Translations under genes and position numbers: made by a program
From: Paramecium tetraurelia
Taxonomy: Eukaryota
Assembly (NCBI GenBank): GCA_000165425.1
Contig: CT868430.1
Span: 124,001 to 188,000, forward strand
Direction of reading: 5' to 3'
DNA length: 64,000 nt
Notes under the pieces: generated by a model
The model's database searches: none
What the model saw: the letters and a program-made list of their open reading frames with translations, nothing else
What the model was told of the DNA's origin: nothing
In this document: piece by piece, positions 26,176 to 38,580 of the stretch
How positions within the stretch are numbered: position 1 is the first letter of the stretch
Layout: every line of letters starts with the position of its first letter

Positions 26176-26667
26176 GTCGTTTATGTCACTAAAAAATATT
26201 TAAATTTTTATTTTAATTCATTCTAAAATTTAAATATCTTACTCTGTTGATTTCTGATACAAATTCTTTCTTTACTTCCAGATACCTAAAATCTCATTCT
26301 CCTCCTAATATTTATAGCGTTAATATTTGAAATGATAAATAAAAGAAATATGGTAAATTTAGTGTAATTTTGGAGATTTATTCATCATCTTTTCTTTGTA
26401 ACAATTTCCAATGAATATTTTGATATTTTCATTTACATTTAAAGTAAAATATATTACACTTTATTCAATAATTATGATTTTATTGAAATTTTAATCTTCA
26501 TTTTATGATATATTCCTTTCATTCATACACTATTGAAGTATAGTATTAATATCTAGCACCATAAATAGGCAAAGAGGTGTAACACCATCACAAAATGAGA
26601 ATAGGTTGATAGGGAATATTTACTCTCTAATTCTGCTCGATAAGTTATATATTCTTGTTTTATTAAA

Positions 26668-28517
26668 ATGATTAATAATAATGAATCGGATTAAGAACTT
26701 ATGTAATAAATTCTTACTCTTTATGCTGATCGAGAGGAGAAAATAAATAAGAATTACCACATACATTCCAAATTTAATTGCGATTGTTCAATATGTCACC
26801 ATCAACTAATGACTGACAACCAATTAAAAAAGGATTTGGTTTATGATGATTTCTACGATCAACCAAGTGATCGATATTTACCTGATGAATAGACTCATGT
26901 AAGATTTATGAAGAAAGATGGGGGATCATAATTATTACCATAAATTAGAGATCCTATTGATTTCTTGGGTCTTTCAATTAAAATGATGTAGCCAACAAAA
27001 AATGGTAAGACCTTAAACATGAGAGTCATGGATACATTATTCTTCTATTAAAGAGAACCTTGTGTGTTGGTTTATCACGATAAAGACAAAGGTCTTAGAA
27101 TCATAAGAGACAGACATTTATTAACAAATTTATAAGAACTAGGATAGTTTTTAGTAAAAAGGAGAACAGAATATGATATAGAATTAAGGACAGCTACAGA
27201 GAAAAGAGAGAATAAAGATTTCAATAATTTGGAATTTGATTAGAAGAGTGCTGAAATTTAATAGGGAATTAAGAAGTATGTTCAGAATATTGGAATTCAA
27301 AAGGATTTCATTTTGGTTAAATTCAAAAATGGTGGAGAATAGATAATGTCTTAGTTAGCAGCAATGTAATTGTTTGAAAAGAGAAAAATAGATTCAATTT
27401 GGGATACAATAGTTATGATTCAAGCGTACCCATATGATTTCTATGGAAAGCTTATTTTTAAAGCCAAGGAGAATCCAGAAAAATATGAGAATAATAGGTT
27501 ATCCAAGTAATCACTTTGTAAAGACCCAAAAAAAATGAAGGAAGAAGAAAAACCAACAGATGCAAAGTTAAGCAAAACAAAAATAGCAGATGATAGTATG
27601 AAGTTAACTGAAGAATAGAAATTAAAATTAAATGAATTAAATAAGACTCGGTATCAACGTATCACATACATTAAGGATGATATCAAATATTAAGATCAAT
27701 ATGATAAAGCCTTAGAATAGATTTGCTAAATAAACAATCCTAATTTTTAGACAGGCAATCACATCCGTCAACATGAACTATACTTAAAGGAGTTAAAGAA
27801 GAAGAGCATGACACAATATTTATAGTAATACACTATCATATTATTAGTTATCATATGTATTAGATTGTCCATTTTTTTGAAGCATATCATCAACGAAAAA
27901 TAATGAAATTGAGATTGGATTTTGCTAGGGATGATTTCGATAATCTGTATATAATAGATGCAGGATAATTATAGTTTATAGATGTAAGAAAGATTGAGTG
28001 GGATGAAATGATATTGAAGGAGATATCTTTGATTAATCCAGACTACAAATAGCTGGTCTTAAGGGAAATAGAGGAGAAGGAGAAGTTACAAAGGGAGGGT
28101 GAAGTGGTAGTCAATCACTAGAGATAGAAATATTTAAAATAGGCATTTGATGAGGTAGTAGGTTACTTCAGAGAGTAATATAGCAAGGCTATTGATAAAT
28201 GCGAATCAGACTTACAAAATCAACCAGATATTGATAAGACTGATGAAATCTTTAAAAAGATCAATCCGAGAGCAGATTTGAAATTTTCAGAAATGTTAGC
28301 TCTTCATAAACCTGATGAGATCATTAGATAGAAGGATTTATTGAGCAATTTCCCAATAGATTAGGCAAGATTTTTAAGTCAATAGAAATATTATAGATAA
28401 TCTAAGTAGTTGGTTGAGAGTAAAGAGAGATACAAAAAATAGTTGAGATTAAGTGCTAGTAAATTATCAGCAGTTGATTTGAGATCGTCTTCAAAATATG
28501 CATTCACTACTAAATGA
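26668..28517 (+). CDS. Hypothetical ~600 aa protein
   Basis: Long ciliate-code ORF from MINNNESDQELMQQ with one intron (~27845-27863) to TGA 28515-28517. No domain recognised. Confidence 0.75.
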
Positions 28518-28550
28518 AAATTTATTAACTTAATATGTTATATGAAGTAA

Positions 28551-28946
28551 TCAAAATTGGAGCAATTCATGAAGAATGTAGTTTTAAATTTCTCTTAATT
28601 CTCTTTAAAGTGCAGATAAATTTGATTTGGTTTCTGTCTTAAACTAGGCGATGACTTGTAACATTTATAATTTAATTATTCTTAACTTAATCTGTTACCT
28701 TTGTTCTTCGGTGATCTCAGTTTTCTGTAGGGTTTCATATAATGAATTTTCAGTTTCTTAAATTTCACTTATGGTGTTAGTTAGTTTTTATGTGATTGTA
28801 TTAAAAGTTGTTGTATTATTATGTTCGTAGTATTATTTAAAAGTTGGTATTTAAATATTCTTATTTTCTTTCTCCTAATCGTTAAGGTAATATTTGGTTT
28901 CGTAGTTTTCGGACAAATGCGAAACCGTACTATTGTTTGAATTCAT
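28551..28946 (-). CDS. Small hypothetical coiled-coil protein (131 aa)
   Basis: Intronless ATG 28946 to TGA 28551, ending QRELREIQNYILHELLQF. Confidence 0.6.
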
Positions 28947-28991
28947 CTAACAGATAATTAAGATATTCTGAATGTGTATAATTAAAATTAA

Positions 28992-30033
28992 ATGATTCAT
29001 TTATCTAGAGGATTGAAGAATCAACTAAGACAAGTCACAATTCAAACCTTTGCTAATTCTACTAGAGTCCCCAATCCTTTTGCACATCATGACGATCACG
29101 GAGACCATGACGATCATGGAGATCACGGTCATGGAGATCATGGACATGGAGATCATGGACATGGAGATCATGGTCATGGACATGGAGTACCTCATGGTAG
29201 AGGCAGACCCAAGGTCGAATTCAATACAATTACTCAACATTTAGATCACCAGAATTTGTATACATATTTTGAGTGTAATCATTCATTATTGAATCATAGA
29301 GGGTCCTGGCTATATGCATTATCCAGGTGTCAATTACAATGAAGCTCATGGCAAACCCTATGACTGGAGAGACGATCCAAAATACAATCCAGACTACATC
29401 ACTCCAACAAAACATGTTGGTTGTCCAGATCCAAAAACATACGTATGGCCATTCGAAGGAAAGCTTGTTCATTTCAATCCTTCTGAGGCCTTACCTTAAG
29501 ATCATCTTTACAATCCTTCACTTTTATTGAAACCAGAAAACAAATAAATAGGACAACCAATCTAACATTTGACTGCAGCCTAACAAGACTAAGATGCTGA
29601 TGTGAACCATGAATTTGATTATGAATCAGAAGATTGTGATTTCTAAACTGAAAGTTTCAGAACTCAACATTTCAGAAAGAGAGGACCTATGTGGCCATGG
29701 GCTGCAATGGCTACTATGCCATTAGTCTATTTCTGTAATATTCTCCATCTTATTCTGTTTAGGGGTTGAATTCCTTTACCAAAGATATCCAGATGAAGAT
29801 CACTGGAGAATCACTCACCCACCCCCTCTCAACTTCCCTGATAGTGAAGTAATTCTTAATATATTTACATCTAGGACACTGATGATACTGATACTTATTA
29901 AGATTATCATTCACCAAGTGGTAAATTCTTGAGGGACATTGGTATTATTGGAGATTTGTGGTTTGACATTAAGGATGGTAAGAAGGTAATGAACAAATGG
30001 TCTGGGTGCAATCAACCCCTTCCTGATATTTGA
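28992..30033 (+). CDS. Mitochondrial single-pass protein resembling ciliate cytochrome c oxidase subunit COX7C, with His-rich tract
   Basis: Basic presequence, then YDWRDDPKYN, HEFDYESEDCDFQTESFRTQHFRKRGP, a TM helix, YPDEDHWRITHPPPL and NQPLPDI-TGA. From memory this matches a Tetrahymena complex IV subunit (not searched). Three tiny introns. Confidence 0.6.
29085..29186 (+). repeat. Coding tandem repeat (CATGGAGATCATGGA-like) encoding HHDDHGDH...(HGDHG)n
   Basis: Directly visible imperfect 15-nt units. 14 His in 34 codons. Confidence 0.9.
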
Positions 30034-30491
30034 ATAATACAACAACAAATTATCAAAGAATTATTAAATTAACTTAAGATTTATTTTTACTATCATCATC
30101 TAGAAATTTATAATCTCCACTTGTTTAATCTATTAAACAGTTAAGTTTCAATAATTTAATCAAAATCTAAGGGACATAATTACACTTATTCCTTTAAGTT
30201 AGGTTTAATTTCTACTTGGTTTTATATTCAGATAAATTTAGAATGAATAAAATTAAGCACTCTCTTAATTAATTTAATAAATAGAAATTTATCATTTCTT
30301 CAAATATAGTTGAATACATTCGAATTTTAATTCTCCACATTTATTTTCTGCTATGAATCTCTACTGTGTCCGGCGAACTCCAATTATTGAAAATTTAATT
30401 TTCACAGAGATTGAATTGTGTTCTCAAATGAGTAAGTATATTAATGTATAAAAACGGTATTTATATAAATATTATTATTATTGAATAAAGA

Positions 30492-31743
30492 ATGAAGAGT
30501 ATTTCAGGAGTGTTAGTCATTCTCCTTCTAAGCTAGAGCGTATTTTGCAGTCCCAAGAAGATCAATACAGACTTTTTGAATTTACTTAGTTCTAAAACAA
30601 ATGTCTTAAGTTCTCAAGATGCCATTCAATCAGTGCTAACTTTGCTTGAAGACTTGTAGGGTGCAAATGTCGAAGCCCAAGATAAAGCAGACCTCACCTT
30701 CTAACGTTTTGAATCAGCCATTTTACAGGACATCAATGAGTTCTCAGGAATTGTTAATGTGAATTCAAAGAGTGCTGCTGCAGCCTAATAGGACTTAGAA
30801 GCTGTCGAGTATTTATTTATCATTAAAAAACATCAAGTCTTAAGATCCAATAAACAACTGATTACTTGAATTGGAATAACAAGCGATATAAGGCAAATGA
30901 AGTCAAGCTTGAAAATTTGGCTGAATAACGATGCGAAGCCAATGCTCTTTTCATTGATACACTTAGAGAATACAAAAATGCTCTATCAGTTCTTGATTGG
31001 GTCAGAAGTGATGCTCAAAGCAAATAAAGTACCTTTGTAGAGAAGAATCACATTGGAGATTATGCAGAGAAATTGAGCAAGTATGCCAACTTATTCGAAG
31101 AGCAAGCTGTCTAAGACTTTGTTAAATTAGGTGAATAAGAAACCTCATTTGCATAAACAAGTAGTTTTCCATAACAAATTTAAGGATCCCATGGTAATGG
31201 AGAATAATTGGCTTCATTAGTCGAGAAGGATGTTGTTGGAATCATCCAATAATTAATTGAAAAATTGAGAGAAACAATCAAAGGCTTAGAAGAATAAGAA
31301 ATCTAATCCGCCAATGATTTTGCTGATTTCAAAACCAACTTGCTTGCTGAATAAGAATCTCTTAAATAAGAATACGATGCCAAAGCTAAATTCTTGAACT
31401 CACTCCAAAATGATAAGGAATTAGCTTCAGATATTTTAACCAAGAAGAAGGAACTCCAAGAATAAAGCATGAGAATCTTAAGTCTAACCTAAGGTAATGA
31501 TTAATTACTATTTCTTTTTTAGAGGAATATAATTACAAGAAGAAATTGTACAATTCTGAAAAAGAGAAGAGACACGAAGAGAACTAATTATTAGAGGAAT
31601 CTCTTTTAATCTATAGAGAGAAGATCGCAACAGTCAATGAGTATTTGAAAAAGAGAGTTAATGAATATGTAGGTGAATCCCTTGTTGAGGAACATGCAGT
31701 TAGTAATCAAGCACCCGTTCAAAATAGAAAAGGAAAATAATGA
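30492..31743 (+). CDS. Trichocyst matrix protein / granule lattice (TMP/Grl) precursor
   Basis: Signal peptide MKSISGVLVILLLSQSVFC, then DAIQSVLTLLEDLQ, RCEANALF, VVGIIQQLIEKL. Two acidic coiled-coil halves, ~390 aa, three tiny introns. Confidence 0.8.
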
Positions 31744-32143
31744 AAAAACCAACAAAACATTAAAATTATATTATTTAAAAAGTTTCTTCACATAAAAGCT
31801 AAATTTATTAGAATTAATCCATTTCTTATTCTAGCATTTTCATAAATTTTCCTATATAATCGCTTAATCTCTTATAAAAAATATCTCAAATTAGAATGGA
31901 ATATAAATTTATAGATAAATATATTAAATCAAAGAGATAAAATGTTAAAGCATTCAACAAGTCATTGTTTTTTGGTCTGAACTCCTAAGAGTGAAGGAGA
32001 ACTACAATTGTAGAATTGCTTGTAAATGACAAAAGAGTTGTAATAAGATTAAAAATATAGAATATATAAATGAACAATTAATTTAAATCCAGTTACTTAG
32101 ATAAATACATAAATATTTAATGTACTACTTGTTTATAATGATA

Positions 32144-32591
<448 letters not shown>

Positions 32592-32674
32592 TGGTCAATA
32601 AATATTTTTTTAATTATTTTTAAATCTTATTTAATATGTTAACTTATTATTTTAATATGTTATAATATGTTCAA

Positions 32675-34732
32675 TCAACCACGGCCCTTCGAAAGACTTG
32701 CATAATGGATAAAATAATTACTCTGGGTCTTATTTAAGTACTTTCTTTGCCTATTTCAATGCTTTCAACGTTTTTTGTTGTTGTTATCTTTCTTGGAGGA
32801 TGTAGACAGGCTAGAATTGATAAATAACAATGTATTTACTTCTTCTAACATTTAGAAAACATTGTCACTCTTATTCATTTGATCGTATAAAACCAATTGC
32901 ATTTTGTCCAAAGTTTATTTGACTAAGTAATAACCAATATACTAAAACTATTAGAAGAATTGTTTACTTTTGGAATGCTATCTCTTAGATTTCTGATTAA
33001 TATTTTGTAATAAAGATCAACTCTATTTCTGAGTTCTCTGACTAAGATCTTCTTTGGATCCACAGTCTTAGTGTTTTGTTTAAATACAAGATCTGCCTTG
33101 GTTGTTAAGTATTCCTCATCATTGGTATAAATGTAATTCATTTCTGCATCAATTTAATTGATCACAACTTATTCAGCCTTGGCTCTTTGAGACTCAATGA
33201 CTTTACGACTCATTTCTGAGATTTCGTCTAGGACTGAAGGGAATCTAGTGAATACCTATATAAAAGAGGGTTGAATACTTTTCTTAAGATTTATTAACTG
33301 ATTTCATCCATATACTAGAATATCTGATCTAGAACATCTTAAGCAGGTCTGATGAGTGCTTGAACTTAAGGCACAATTAAATAGAGAAAACTATCAAAAG
33401 ATGGGAACCCTGGAATGCTATCTCCTTGATGTAATTGATCAGCTAATTCAATATCTTTATCTAGATAACAATCAGTGACATGATATTTTTCATCTGCATA
33501 TTCTTGATAGAGTTCATTAAACATTTGTTTAATTTTAGCTCCTCCTGTGAGTTCGATTTTCTTTTCCTCATCAGTAATTGTAGCTTCATTTTTATCATAT
33601 TTTCCATCCATCGTATTTTTAAATCCATCTGTATAATCTTGAAGTAAATTAAAAACTAATTAGACTTTGTCTTTTTAATCTCTTGGTAACTCGGTACCAA
33701 GCAATTTGAGTTTATCTTCGCATTCATCAGCTTTAGTATCAATTTCCTTAATAATATCAGGTAGACACTTTCTAATGTGTTGATATAAGACAGTTGTCAA
33801 TTTTTCAGTTAAGGCTCTGGTTCCTAAAATATCTTAAGGGATTCCTGCATATCTAGGGTCATTAGCAAAGTAATCCTCTTCTTGACGAAGTGCTTTTTAG
33901 ACAGGAACTTTATTAATGATATCTTATTAGCTTCGATTTTTGACTCCAATATATCCTAATCTCAATTTGACTTCCTCATTCAACAAAAACTTTGGATGCA
34001 TCTGAACCTTCTCCCATAATATCGATTTTAGTGATTACACCGATAGTTCTCATGCCATCTGGATCAAGTTGACGAGCTAATTTCAAAGATCTCTATGTTG
34101 TAATATCCTAACTTGCAGGCATTACACATAGAATGATGGTTCGTTCATCTTCGCAATATCTATGGTTTCATAAACTAGAAATACCTTTTACACATATTTA
34201 ATGTAATTTCTTCGATATTGTCAGGTTGATCTGAATCTCTCAATGGGATTAGAGTAATTCCTGGCAAATCTATAATTGTAAGATCTGGACAATCAGGTGA
34301 CCAAATTGTCAATTCGATAGGATCAGGTAAGATGTCTATGCTCAAACAATTACTTTACTCTTCTTCTATCCAGCCTTAGCATCAGTTAATCTATCGATTT
34401 CCTCACGAACTTTAGTGAAATCTGTAAACTTCTTTTCTGGTACTTCCTTGAAGATTGCCCAAGGTTATAATCTTTCTTGAATATGGACAAGACGTAATTT
34501 CAACGGTCTACGAGTTACAACACCCTTTTTTTGATAGCAATAAATCTATTACATCACCCCTAGGTAAGAAATCCAATCCACAAATATTTTCCAATAAACT
34601 ACTCTTTCCTGCACTCTACATTCCCACAACACATATTCTTGGCAATTTAATGTAATCTTAAACACCACAATCTCTTAGATCATCAATGAGAGTGACCATC
34701 TTTCTCATATTGTCCCATAATCCAGATTTCAT
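32675..34732 (-). CDS. Dynamin-related GTPase (alveolate DrpB/Tetrahymena Drp1-like, no PH domain)
   Basis: [61 protein letters not shown], and a GED-like [15 protein letters not shown]. Several tiny introns and a homopolymer indel ~33988. Confidence 0.93.
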
Positions 34733-34760
34733 CGTAATAATGAATTAATTAAAAAAAAAA

Positions 34761-37527
34761 TCAATTTTTCAATTCCTTTTAGTCCATCACAGCTTTAAAT
34801 AGATTCATCTTATAGGCATCCCATTTCTTAACTTTCTTTGCCTCCTCAGAATCAAAAATATGATCGAATTCAGGTTTTCTCTTAATTCCATCAATCAAAT
34901 GTTGTTTCAAAGGTTGGCTAACCAAATGAAATAGTCCCTTATCCAATTTGTACACCTCAGTCTTAGCTGCATCACTAATTACTGTCAATCTACTTCTTTC
35001 CGATAGATCATATTTCATTTCCATTATGTCCTCATCAAATAATTTATATTCATTCAATAGCACTCTCCCCATAAAGAAGTCTCCTCTTACAAATTCTTTA
35101 TAAAGAAAATGGTATTTGAATGCCATATACTCTTTATTTTTATATATTTCCTAATATTAAAAAGATTGGGGTATCCCTAATCCAGGCACATTCTCTAAAT
35201 CTAAGGATGTATTCTTCACTCTCATTTTCGTGTCCTCCCTAATTTAAGCGTCTCTAATATTGATATTTTATTACAATCTATTAAACCACATTTCAATGGC
35301 TTCTTCTTATTTGGATCATCCGCTCTCATCACTTTCAAATCTCTAATGAACACCTCCTCCTTCACACACTTGCATCTCCCACTTGCAACAATGTAAAAGT
35401 ATTTCTATGGTTCACCTTCCTTCAAAATCACTTGGCCTAATCTATAGGTCTCACTTTCCAATAAATTTGCTATAGGTATCAATTCCATTTAAGATAGGAA
35501 CTAGTATAATGAGTGGCAATAATACATCAAAACAAGGCATGGTTAATAATGTCTTTAATTTATCTTCAAGTTCTGAAGTAATGACATTCAGGATAATGCT
35601 TTTGAAGTAATCTCTGGAGATGGCCAATAAATAAGTATCAACAGCACATTCAATTGAAGCACTTCTCTTCGGTTAGATTTTAACTTATTCTTGTTTCTCT
35701 TCCTCATTGTAATCCTTCTTCCACCAATTCTTAGCCTTTTCCTTCTGTTATTCTTATCTCTACATCTCACCTCTTATCATATTTAATGTGTATTTGCTAT
35801 TAGAATGCAACTAGTTTTGATCTGGTCTATTAATTTTAGTGTTTGGATCAATCAAGGCCAATTCACCAAATTGTTACCCTGTATATAGAGTACTTACAAT
35901 TGGATTACAATCAGCCACATGGGGGTTCTTAATTCTTACATGGCAACCCCCATTAAGGATTATATACATTTATTCTCCAACATCACCTTCATAAAAGATA
36001 TATTCACCGCATTTGTAAAAAACCAAAGAACTCAATTTTAACAATAAAATTCTTGTTTATTTACTGAACTACCAAAAGAATTTTAGGTTTTTGCAAATCC
36101 CATCCAATACTTAAATTAGACATATATAATTTACATTCATAATTCCTATCATCTACTGATTTCTTTAACTCTCTTAATACTAAATTGATCTCATCTAATG
36201 AGAAATGATCTCCAACCTTTAAAAATGGTGCTGGTTTATCTATCTTATTTTTCTGAGCATCCTCATATAATTTGTTATCCTCTTTGACCATTTATTCAAA
36301 CTTTTATTGAGTCTCCTTCAATTGCTATTCAAACGATCTATTTATTGGATCCACTTTAGCAAAAAAGTTTTATTATTCAACTAAAGGTTTATTAAATATT
36401 TAGATCTCATCATCCAGCATTTCAAAACTTTCTTCCTTGGCTAAATCACCATCATCTTCTAATTCACTCAATAATGAATTATGCTAATCAAATTTGTCTA
36501 ATAACACTTCTCTTTTAGCCATTGCTCTCTTCTTTTCTGCCTATGCTTACTTCATCTCTAAATATGGTCTCAAATCATCTAAGAATTGCTTTCTTTTCTT
36601 CTTTATATATTCCTTCTCTTTCTATGTCAATACATTTGTTTCTAAATCCAAATGAGTCAATGATTTCTCTAATTCATGTACTGATTCATCCCTAGGTTTA
36701 TTTGCTGTATTTGCCTATATCACAACCTTTTAAGCCAAGTCTTTCCAACAATCACCTAAAGGGTTCTCTCTTTTATAATTTGTTGTCTTGGGTCTGTTTT
36801 CAGGTAATAACTTTCGTTTCTTTACCTATTATGATTGAACAGGCCTATTTGATATTGTTTTCTCAATTAGCTCTCTCTGTCTTTCCAATTTGGAGGATTA
36901 ATTACGAGGCAATTATTGATAATTTACTAATCTAATTCGATGATTTTAATCGTTCCCATATGTTTATGAACATGGGGATTCACTGTAAATTCATCAAAAT
37001 CATTCTAATATAAATATTTTTCCATTTCTTACAATATACTCAGGAAATTTATTTTAAATTACAAATTATCCTGCTGTCGGTTCCATCTTAATAACTTATG
37101 GCACTCGTTAAATCAATTATCTGAAATCTTAAGTTGGTTTTGGCTTTCTCTAAGCACCCTCAGGAGCTGTGGTAGCTCTAATTTCAAATTCAGGTTCTTG
37201 AGTTTGCTTTGATTGCTACACATCCTCATCATGAATTGATTGCATCTACATTGTGTGGAGGTTCTTGAAAAAAGGGATACTGCAATTGTGGAACCTTTTT
37301 TATAGGTCTTGCTATAGGTTGTGCACTAATTGGAAGCCCTTATATAATAACCAAACTACATTACCTTTAATTAACTTAGCTGAATAATATGCAGATGTTA
37401 TTCTATTTTATTATTTCAATTGTGGATATATCACACTTACAGTGGCAGCTGATTCATGTTTCTGTATTGATTTTGTTTATGTTTCCTATTAACCAAGTTA
37501 TTTCTTATTATTAAGTAGTGTTTTCAT
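34761..37527 (-). CDS. Cyclic-nucleotide-binding domain protein (two cNMP domains), copy 1
   Basis: GEYIFYEGDVGEQMYIILNG, GQQFGELAL, RSASIEC. Second domain GQVILKEGEPQKYFYIVASGRC. ATG 37527, TGA 34761. Contains small indels. Confidence 0.82.
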
Positions 37528-37578
37528 TAGAAAGCAAAATGTTTGATATTTAATATATTTGTTATATAATTATTTCAT

Positions 37579-37967
37579 TCAAAGTTTTAATGTTTTTGAT
37601 TTTTCGAGGATCTGACGCATTTGAGTAATAGCAGCTATCAAATCGCTCAATTGTGCTTAGTTTTCTTTAAGCATTCCCTTTAGTAATTGAGTTTATACTG
37701 TTCTTATCTCTGCCACCATTTTGACATCTTCTAGATCCTCTTTTTATTTTAATTTCAAATCCGAAAATTCTAATTGCTTCTGCTTTTCAAGTTTTACTTT
37801 GTTAATATTAATCATCAATTCCTATATTAATAAATTATACTATTCTAATTTCATTTCCTAATAATTTGTTTTACTCTTCTAGCACCTTTATTTGTTAAGC
37901 ACTAGAAGTCCCACTTTGAGATTTCAAATCTCTAAACTGTTTTGATAGGCGTTAGTTTTCTTTGGTC
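37579..37967 (-). CDS. 3' fragment of the FYVE-TBC coiled-coil gene (paralog/allele of 41387-43667), cut by assembly gap
   Basis: Same C-terminus (..TQMRQILEKSKTLKL-TGA) as the 41387 copy, with synonymous and conservative differences. Confidence 0.85.
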
Positions 37968-38117
37968 NNNNNNNNNNNNNNNNNNNNNNNNNNNNNNNNN
38001 NNNNNNNNNNNNNNNNNNNNNNNNNNNNNNNNNNNNNNNNNNNNNNNNNNNNNNNNNNNNNNNNNNNNNNNNNNNNNNNNNNNNNNNNNNNNNNNNNNNN
38101 NNNNNNNNNNNNNNNNN
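37968..38117. other. Assembly gap (150 N)
   Basis: Run of N. Confidence 1.
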
Positions 38118-38552
38118 TGACCAAATTGTCAATTCGATAGGATCAGGTAAGATGTCTATGCTCAAACAATTACTTTACTCTTCTTCTATCCAGCCTTAGC
38201 ATCAGTTAATCTATCGATTTCCTCACGAACTTTAGTGAAATCTGTAAACTTCTTTTCTGGTACTTCCTTGAAGATTGCCCAAGGTTATAATCTTTCTTGA
38301 ATATGGACAAGACGTAATTCCAACGGTCTACGAGTTACAACACCCTTTTTTGAATAGCAATTAATCGATTACATCACCCCTAGGTAAGAAATCCAATCCA
38401 CAAATATTTTCCAATAAACTACTCTTTCCTGCACTCTACATTCCCACAACACATATTCTTGGCAATTTAATGTAATCTTAAACACCACAATCTCTTAGAT
38501 CATCAATGAGAGTGACCATCTTTCTCATATTGTCCCATAATCCAGATTTCAT
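38118..38552 (-). CDS. 5' fragment of dynamin-related GTPase (second copy), cut by gap
   Basis: Same [21 protein letters not shown]...RRPLELRL N-terminus as 34732. Confidence 0.88.
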
Positions 38553-38580
38553 CGTAATAATGAATTAATTAAAAAAAAAA

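Larger units (their letters stand above)
34298..37967. repeat. Copy 1 of duplicated block (dynamin 5' end, cNMP gene, 3' end of FYVE-TBC gene)
   Basis: Aligns to 38118-41774 at an offset of ~3820. The ORF track shows identical peptides in both copies. Confidence 0.95.

Noticed and set aside
26172..26600. Minus-strand open frame upstream of the sirtuin
   Set aside because: It is out of frame with the sirtuin, very AT-rich and has no motif, so it cannot be supported as a gene or exon.
29025..29244. Met-rich repetitive ORFs (MISMS / MEIMD repeats)
   Set aside because: They are alternate-frame and antisense readings of the His-Gly-Asp repeat.
30425..30445. Minus-strand ATACTTAC resembling the U1 snRNA 5' end
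   Set aside because: It continues TC rather than CTGG and lacks U1 stem-loops and an Sm site. It is simply the complement of a GTAAGTAT splice-site-like string.
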